In this document: positions 6,396 to 10,853 of the stretch, one piece after another
Layout: each line of letters begins with the position of its first letter
Position numbering within the stretch: position 1 is the stretch's first letter
NCBI GenBank assembly: GCA_016792935.1
Contig: JAEUJS010000433.1
Location: 1 to 10,853, forward strand
Origin: Archangium sp.
Lineage (GTDB): Bacteria > Myxococcota > Myxococcia > Myxococcales > Myxococcaceae
Direction of reading: 5' to 3'
DNA: 10,853 nt
Notes under the pieces: model-generated
Databases searched by the model: none
The model's input: the letters and a program-made list of their open reading frames with translations, nothing else
What the model was told of the DNA's origin: nothing
Translations under genes and position numbers: made by a program

Positions 6396-6815
6396 GGTGA
6401 TTCTCCTGTGTTGGGTGAGTGAGACGATCCGGCCAACCGCAAGCGCGAGAGCAACCTGCGGAGCTCGGGAACTCGCCGGAGCGGACGGAGGCCAATGGCC
6501 ATCAACGCGCCGCACCACGGCGGATCTGGTTCTCGAATCGAGCTGAAGGAAATGCCGGCGGCAGCGAGGCGCGCTTCGACACGCAGCAACTCCGCTTCGG
6601 AGTCGGCGTGCAGCGCAACGGCGCGCGTGGCTGGTGGGAGGGAGCCGGGAGAAGACTCGCCTGCGGCGTGAATCAGCTGTGCGAGCTGAACGCCGAGCGG
6701 TACGTCACTTCGAACGATGCAGTAGTGGTGGAGCGGCTGCTCAGCGGCGGCAATGGCGCTGCTGGCAATGCTCGCAATGCTCTGCGGTGCGGCTCATGGA
6801 CGTCATGTTAGCCAT
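6392..6815 (-). CDS. PTH2-like (peptidyl-tRNA hydrolase 2 fold) protein. The reading frame is split: a 24-codon ATG-initiated ORF plus a +1-frame body with no canonical start. It is either a recoded gene (+1 shift at CAUU) or a frameshifted pseudogene
   Basis: The +1 frame (6793..6392) reads AAPQSIASIASSAIAAAEQPLHHYCIVRSDVPLGVQLAQLIHAAGESSPGSLPPATRAVALHADSEAELLRVEARLAAAGISFSSIREPDPPWCGALMAIGLRPLRRVPELRRLLSRLRLAG.... This aligns along its whole length with archaeal/eukaryotic-type Pth2 (pattern VIVVRSDlkMgkGKiAAQvaHAA ... E-i--l---a---gl-----I-DaG-T----G--T-lgIGP). I checked every codon from 6793 to 6590 and found no ATG, GTG or TTG. The first canonical start is TTG at 6589, which would drop the conserved N-terminal half. 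The zero frame from ATG 6815 reads MANMTSMSRTAEHCEHCQQRHCRR and stops at 6743..6741. 6815..6392 is 424 nt, i.e. 141 triplets plus 1 nt. Confidence 0.6.
6750..6779 (-). repeat. Three in-phase copies of the hexamer CATTGC (His-Cys codon pairs) inside the short zero-frame ORF
   Basis: On the minus strand CATTGC lies at 6779..6774, 6770..6765 and 6755..6750. All three have CAT as an in-frame codon of the ORF starting at 6815. They are spaced 9 and 15 nt apart, and the last is 4 codons before the zero-frame TGA. Confidence 0.9.
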
Positions 6816-6854
6816 GGTCGACGGCGTCGCAAGGTGAGCCTGACGCGCACCTGA

Positions 6855-7154
6855 TCACTGCGGCGCGTCGTGCTCGTACCAGTCGAGGTGCGGCGACCAC
6901 TGGTGACACGCCAGACACGCCGTGTGGAGCCACACGCGATCGCACTTCGGGCACCGCCCGGCCGTGTCGAAGGTGTTCCACGCGTGCCAACACGGCTCGC
7001 CGCAGCTCCACAGACTCTCCTTCGTCGGACGCCACGCACACTTCGGACAGCGGATGCGCGCGTACCCATCGCGCCCTTCGCGCAAGTGGTCGGACAGATC
7101 GCTCGAGAGATCGCCTCCCTCCTTCGGCAGCGTGAGGGCGTGCGCGGGAATCAC
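6855..7154 (-). CDS. Small Cys/Trp-rich zinc-ribbon protein (four Cys pairs), coupled to rimK
   Basis: Open frame with high GC3. C-terminal part is IRCPKCAWRPTKESLWSCGEPCWHAWNTFDTAGRCPKCDRVWLHTACLACHQWSPHLDWY, containing CxxC, Cx3C, CxxC and CxxC. The proposed GTG start at 7154..7152 overlaps the rimK stop (GTGA). The rest of the track ORF (up to 7514) is out-of-frame overlap with rimK and is not credible. The start codon is uncertain; an AAGGAGGGAGG SD-like run at about 7127 has no good start after it. Confidence 0.6.
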   Translation of the reverse strand: MIPAHALTLPKEGGDLSSDLSDHLREGRDGYARIRCPKCAWRPTKESLWSCGEPCWHAWNTFDTAGRCPKCDRVWLHTACLACHQWSPHLDWYEHDAPQ

Positions 7155-8044
7155 TTCTTCGCCTTCGCGAGCGAGAGCGCGTGCCGAACGATGGCACCAG
7201 CGATGTCCTTCTTCGTCGCGCGCTCGAGCCCCTCGAAGCCTGGCGAAGAATTGAGCTCCATCACCTTGGGGCCGTCTTTGCCCTCGAGCATGTCGACGCC
7301 GCACACCGTGAGCCCGATGCACCGCGCCGCCTCGACCGCCGTGCGCTGATAGTCCTTCTCGAGCTTGATGCTCTTCCCCTCGCCGCCGCGGTGGATGTTC
7401 GAGCGAAATTCTCCACGCCGCGCTTGCCGTCGCATCGCTCCGACGACCTTGTCGCCGACGACGAGCGCACGAATGTCGCGGCCCTTCGACTCGGCGATGA
7501 ATTCCTGCAGGCACACGTCCTGACCCAGGCCCCAGAACGTGTGGAGGATGGTCTCAGCCTCGGCCTGCGTGTTGGCGATCATCACGCCCACGCCCTGCGT
7601 TCCACGCAGCAGCTTGATGATGCACGGCAGACCGCCGACCGCTTCGACGAGCCGGCTGACGTGCGCGCCCTGCGTCGCCATCACGGTGCGTGGAACGTCG
7701 AGGCCGACCTGCGCGAGCAATTGCAGACATCGCAACTTGTCGCGGCTGCGCGCGATGGCCGGAGCGGGGTTCACCACGGGCACGTTCATCGTCTCGAGGT
7801 GATTCACGACCGACATGCCGTAGGCGGTGATGCTCGCTCCGATGCGGGGAATCACGGCCGACAAATCGGTCACCGCGACGCCGCGATAGAGCAGCGTGTT
7901 GCCGCCCGGAGCCACCACCATCGTGCACCGCAGCGTGTCCATCACCAGCGGGTGTGCGCCCTGCTCGCGTGCTGCCTCGAAGAGCCGTGACGTCGAGTAG
8001 AGCGACTTCTTCCGAGAGAGAATGCAGAGCCGCTGCCGCGCCAT
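7151..8044 (-). CDS. rimK: RimK-family ATP-grasp ligase (ribosomal protein bS6 L-glutamate ligase)
   Basis: MARQRLCILSRKKSLYSTSRLFEAAREQGAHP...VIPRIGASITAYGMSVVNHLE...VVNPAPAIARSRDKLRCLQLLAQVGLDVPRT...PCIIKLLRGTQGVGVMIA...VCLQEFIAESKGRDIRALVVGDKVVGAMRRQARRGEFRSNIHRGGEG...GLTVCGVDMLEGKDGPKVMELNSSPGFEGLE. This is collinear with RimK, including the N-terminal 'ILSR---LYST-RL' and C-terminal 'EVNSSPG-EG-E' signatures. ATG at 8044 is preferred over the track's TTG at 8065. Confidence 0.9.
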   Translation of the reverse strand: MARQRLCILSRKKSLYSTSRLFEAAREQGAHPLVMDTLRCTMVVAPGGNTLLYRGVAVTDLSAVIPRIGASITAYGMSVVNHLETMNVPVVNPAPAIARSRDKLRCLQLLAQVGLDVPRTVMATQGAHVSRLVEAVGGLPCIIKLLRGTQGVGVMIANTQAEAETILHTFWGLGQDVCLQEFIAESKGRDIRALVVGDKVVGAMRRQARRGEFRSNIHRGGEGKSIKLEKDYQRTAVEAARCIGLTVCGVDMLEGKDGPKVMELNSSPGFEGLERATKKDIAGAIVRHALSLAKAKK

Positions 8045-8098
8045 GAACGAAGCGGAACGTAGCAACAGATGAACGAAACACCGATGCTGCCGAGATGA
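8043..8098 (+). promoter_or_regulatory. Divergent rimK/lipoprotein control region with ATGAACGAA direct repeat and two chained 9-codon uORFs
   Basis: ATGAACGAA at 8043-8051 and 8069-8077. ATG codons at 8043, 8069 and 8095 are spaced exactly 26 nt apart. uORF1 (MNEAERSNR) ends in ATGA on the uORF2 start. uORF2 (MNETPMLPR) ends in ATGA on the main ORF start at 8095. This is the most AT-rich stretch nearby. Confidence 0.25.
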
Positions 8099-10389
8099 AG
8101 CGCGTCGTGTTCGTTCTCGCGTTGCTGTTGGTGTCTTGTGCGCACGTCTCCTCGCGGCCGATGACGCCAGCGACGATGAACCTCGGCTTCGAAGACGGCG
8201 ACGCGCTGCCCACGGGTTGGAACACCGGCGCGCTCGGAGGCTTCGACGTCAGCGCCGACACGGCGGTGATGCGCGGCGGGCGGCGCAGCGTGCGCATCAT
8301 TTCGACGACGAAGGGTCGCTACGGCTCCTTGCTGCGAACCGTCGACGCCGGGCCGCTCGTTGGAAAACGGGTTCGTCTTCACGGCTGGGTTCGAACGAAA
8401 GGAGTGACGGGCTGGGCCGTCGTCTTCCTGCGCGTCGATGGTGGGGAGTCGGCGTACGTGATGTCCGATGGTCCGCTCGGCACGACGTCGGAATGGAAGG
8501 AAATCGTCGCTGACGCGGCCATCGCCCCCGGTCGTGAGTTGACGCTCGGTGTCGCGCTCGGAGGCGAAGGCACGGCGTGGTTCGACGACCTCTCCCTCGA
8601 AGTGATTGAGCCCAAAGCCGCGGTGAACGTGCACCTCGCAGGTCGCGTGCTCGACTCGACGGGAGCAGGCGTCGCCGGCGCCGAGGTCGCGCTCATCAGC
8701 CCCAGTGGCCTCGTGAGCCAACACGTTCGCAGCGCGGCAGACGGAGCGTTCGACTTCGCGACGGTCGCCGGAAAGTGGGGAGTCTCCGCGAACGCACCAG
8801 GACGAGTTGAGCTGGTCGGCACGTTCATCGAGCCGCGCGAATATCTGCAGAGCACGCAGCTCACGCTGACGCTCGCCGCGAAGGACGGAGTGACCGTGAA
8901 AGGCGAGGTCGCCGGCGCGATTCCCGAGGGGGCGTGTCTTCGCGTCGCCGCGTACAGCAAGCTCGAAGGCGACGTGTGGGCCGTTCCGCTCGGGAAAGAC
9001 GGCAAGTTCGCGACCACGCTCCCGCGCGCGGAGCAGTTTGGCATCGCGGCCATCTCAGGCCTCAGCGGCAGAGGGAAAGCGCTCCGCGAAGGAGACGTCG
9101 CCACCGCGGCGCTCGACCTCATCGTCGAACGGGCGCCGCCCCCGTCCGTGGTGTCGTGGATTTCGAGCAATGCGACTTCACTCTCGACGGTCGACCCCAA
9201 CGTCGCGCTCGAGAATCCCGCTGCGCTTCGCAAACTCGTCGGCACTGCGCGCGTGGTCGGACTCGGCGAGGCCACGCACGGAACGCGCGAATTCCTGCAG
9301 CTCAAACACCGCATCTTCCGCGCGCTGATTGGCGAGGGCTTCACGTTCTTCGCGCTCGAGATTGGTCAGACCGATGCGCGCGCCATCAACGCGTACGTGT
9401 TGCACGGCACGGGCACTGCGCGAACGGCGCTCGGCGCGGCCGAGATGTGGGTGTGGGAAAACGAAGAAGTGCTCGAGCTCATCGAGTGGATGCGCGCGTG
9501 GAACGCGGACGCTTCTCATCAAGCGAAGGTGCAATTCGTCGGCTTCGACATGCAGAACCCGCGCTCGAGTCTGCGTGCGGTGCGCGAATACCTCGTGCGT
9601 GTTGCACCGGACGAAGCGCCGAAGTGGCTCGCGCCGCTCGAAGTGCTCGGGCACGACGCCGGCATGGCCGGGTTCGTCGCGCTCTCGAAGGAGCAGCAGG
9701 CCGAGACCGTCGCCGCGGTTGGCACGTTGCTCGAGCGCTTCGATGCATCTCGTCGGGCGTGGGAAACGGCGAGCAGCGCGAACGACTTCCTCGTGGCGCG
9801 ACAAGACGCGCGCACGTTGCAGCAAGCCGCGACGCAGTACGCGGTAGGCGCCATCAACGCCGACGGTTCGGCCAAGCGCGACGAAGCGATGGCCGAAAAC
9901 ATCAAGTGGCTCCACGACAACCTTCCGTCTGGCGCGCGCATGGTGGTGTCGGCGCACAACCTCCACATCGCAGATGTGAAGTCGCGCATGGGCAAGACGT
10001 TGCGTGCCTCGCTCGGAGCGGCGTGGCTCTCGGTTGGGCTCGAGCTCGGTGACGGCGACTTCCAGGCGCTGCGAATGAGAGATGACGGTGCGCGCGCCAA
10101 CATCGAGGCGATTCGTTTTGCTCCTCCGCCTGAGGCGCTCGCCAACGCGGCGCTGCTGCGTGGTGGACCAGGCGTGTTCGCGCTCGACCTGCGCGCGTTG
10201 CCGTCGAGCGGAGAGGTCGCTGCGTATTTCCGCTCTCCGCAGCTGGTGCGTGAAGCGGGGTACGGCGTGCATCCCGATGCGCCTTTGGTGACGCCCCAGG
10301 TGCTCGCTGAGCGTTTCGATGCGCTGCTGTTCGTCGCGCACACCACGCGCTCGCGTCAGCTGCCGGTCGACTTCACGCGCCTGCCGTAG
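8095..10389 (+). CDS. Large lipoprotein: N-terminal jelly-roll/CBM-like domain, carboxypeptidase-regulatory-like beta-sandwich(es), C-terminal erythromycin-esterase-family (Ere/ChaN-like) domain
   Basis: 764-aa ORF. Lipobox LLLVSC. GFEDGD...GWN...SVRI...WFDDLSLEV resembles a CBM4_9/galactose-binding-like module. LAGRVLDSTGAGVAGAEVALISPSG is a CarboxypepD_reg-type motif. The C-terminal ~400 aa carry the Ere-family hallmarks VVGLGEATHGTREF, WNAD...VQFVGFDMQ, KRDEAMAENIKWL and VVSAHNLHIA. Confidence 0.85.
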   Translation: MKRVVFVLALLLVSCAHVSSRPMTPATMNLGFEDGDALPTGWNTGALGGFDVSADTAVMRGGRRSVRIISTTKGRYGSLLRTVDAGPLVGKRVRLHGWVRTKGVTGWAVVFLRVDGGESAYVMSDGPLGTTSEWKEIVADAAIAPGRELTLGVALGGEGTAWFDDLSLEVIEPKAAVNVHLAGRVLDSTGAGVAGAEVALISPSGLVSQHVRSAADGAFDFATVAGKWGVSANAPGRVELVGTFIEPREYLQSTQLTLTLAAKDGVTVKGEVAGAIPEGACLRVAAYSKLEGDVWAVPLGKDGKFATTLPRAEQFGIAAISGLSGRGKALREGDVATAALDLIVERAPPPSVVSWISSNATSLSTVDPNVALENPAALRKLVGTARVVGLGEATHGTREFLQLKHRIFRALIGEGFTFFALEIGQTDARAINAYVLHGTGTARTALGAAEMWVWENEEVLELIEWMRAWNADASHQAKVQFVGFDMQNPRSSLRAVREYLVRVAPDEAPKWLAPLEVLGHDAGMAGFVALSKEQQAETVAAVGTLLERFDASRRAWETASSANDFLVARQDARTLQQAATQYAVGAINADGSAKRDEAMAENIKWLHDNLPSGARMVVSAHNLHIADVKSRMGKTLRASLGAAWLSVGLELGDGDFQALRMRDDGARANIEAIRFAPPPEALANAALLRGGPGVFALDLRALPSSGEVAAYFRSPQLVREAGYGVHPDAPLVTPQVLAERFDALLFVAHTTRSRQLPVDFTRLP

Positions 10390-10393
10390 CTCG

Positions 10394-10852
10394 CTACTTC
10401 CTGGGAGAGGCGGTCAGCACTCCCGCGAACGGACCCTTCTCGAGGTCGGCGTCGCGACCTGCACCGTCGGCCCAGAGCGCAGAGATGACTCCGTCGAGAT
10501 ACAGCGCGTCGGGACACTTCAGCTCGTCGCGAAACAGCGACGCGAAGGTCCACAAGTTCACGTCGTCGCGAGAGATGACGATGACGACGTGTTTGCCGTC
10601 GCGCACGCCGACTCCGCTGCGCAGCGCTTTGTTCGGCGAGTCCTGATTGAACTTCGGGTGCAGCGCGCCCTTCTTCACCAGCAGCGGTCCTGACTGCGTG
10701 GCGAAGCGAACGGCGTTGTCGGAGAACTCGGGCGTCTCGACGACGAACGCGGTGCCGTCGGCCTTCAACGCGAACACGCCGTTGGGGAGCATGAAGAAAT
10801 TCCCGCCGCCACTGCTTGTGGTGAGCGCGTGCTTCTCGACGCCGTCGGAGAT
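10394..10852 (-). CDS. Phosphodiester glycosidase family (DUF2233/NAGPA-like) protein, C-terminal part; N-terminus lies beyond the window
   Basis: The track ORF starts at Met 10792, but the frame stays open to the window edge (ISDGVEKHALTTSSGGGNFFMLPNGVFALKADG...). Motifs: GGGNFF..PNG, ATQSGPLLVKKG, PRSGVGV-like RSGVGVRDGKHVVIVI, LYLDGG-like ALYLDGVIS. TAG stop lies 4 nt from the convergent TAG of the esterase-domain gene. Confidence 0.75.
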   Translation of the reverse strand: MSDGVEKHALTTSSGGGNFFMLPNGVFALKADGTAFVVETPEFSDNAVRFATQSGPLLVKKGALHPKFNQDSPNKALRSGVGVRDGKHVVIVISRDDVNLWTFASLFRDELKCPDALYLDGVISALWADGAGRDADLEKGPFAGVLTASPRK

Positions 10853-10853
10853 C

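Noticed and set aside
6392-6589. The 65-aa TTG-initiated ORF as a stand-alone gene
   Set aside because: It is only the C-terminal half of a Pth2-like fold. The same frame continues upstream through the conserved N-terminal half, so the short call is an artefact of requiring a canonical start.
6774-6779. Reading the tRNA loop as a five-base (UAAUG:CAUUG) or six-base decoder
   Set aside because: A five-base codon would give a +2 shift into the wrong frame, and six bases gives no shift. Only four-base reading reaches the Pth2 frame. The extended complementarity is kept as supporting context, not as a decoding model.
6816-6854. Possible sigma70-like promoter (TTGCGA-N16-TAACAT) and AGGTG/CACCT hairpin between the Zn-ribbon stop and the mini-ORF
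   Set aside because: Each hexamer matches the consensus at only 4 of 6 positions, and the stem is only 5 bp with an 11-nt loop. This is not distinguishable from chance by eye, so I did not call it as a feature.
5965-6860. tRNA-associated genomic island or prophage remnant explaining the odd genes
   Set aside because: Islands normally insert at the tRNA 3' end, and here that end abuts the DMT transporter stop 6 nt away. The odd genes lie 5' of the tRNA on the same strand. I saw no integrase, no direct repeat of the tRNA 3' half, and rimK continuity suggests an operon. Somewhat lower GC3 in 6051-6395 keeps horizontal origin possible but unproven.
10385-10398. GTAGC-TC-GCTAC mini-palindrome containing both convergent TAG stops
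   Set aside because: A 5-bp stem with a 2-nt loop is sterically implausible as a terminator and is a likely chance consequence of two facing TAG codons.

Overview
High-GC bacterial chromosomal window. The gene content and lipoprotein style suggest Myxococcota/Polyangia, but that is only an inference. About 13 protein genes are tightly packed. In order they are: a partial amidohydrolase (-), a TPR/coiled-coil membrane protein and a type-1 periplasmic-binding-fold lipoprotein (+, start and stop overlap), an SRPBCC protein (-), a tandem DUF3592-like membrane protein, an RsuA-family pseudouridine synthase and a DMT/EamA transporter (+). A minus-strand block follows: rimK, a Cys/Trp-rich zinc-ribbon ORF, a PTH2-like (peptidyl-tRNA-hydrolase-fold) gene, a 114-aa unknown ORF and a tRNA-like gene. 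The window ends with a large lipoprotein carrying an erythromycin-esterase-family domain (+) and a partial DUF2233/phosphodiester-glycosidase gene (-). Two genes open to the window edges, and most of the PTH2-like gene, are missing from the supplied ORF track; I recovered them by hand translation. The main finding lies in 5965-6815. The tRNA-like gene folds into a clean cloverleaf but has a 9-nt anticodon loop (AGUAAUGAC). The PTH2-like reading frame two genes upstream on the same strand has no ATG/GTG/TTG covering its conserved N-terminal half. It can only be entered by a +1 shift from a 24-codon ATG-initiated ORF that contains three in-phase copies of CAT-TGC. The quadruplet CAUU is the exact complement of AAUG in the expanded loop, and CAUUGC pairs with GUAAUG if one G-U is allowed. 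I read this as a candidate natural quadruplet-decoding tRNA with its own target gene, inside a translation-themed operon with rimK. A decayed pseudogene plus a degenerate tRNA, or AUU initiation, remain real alternatives. No CRISPR array, integrase, transposase or rRNA was seen.
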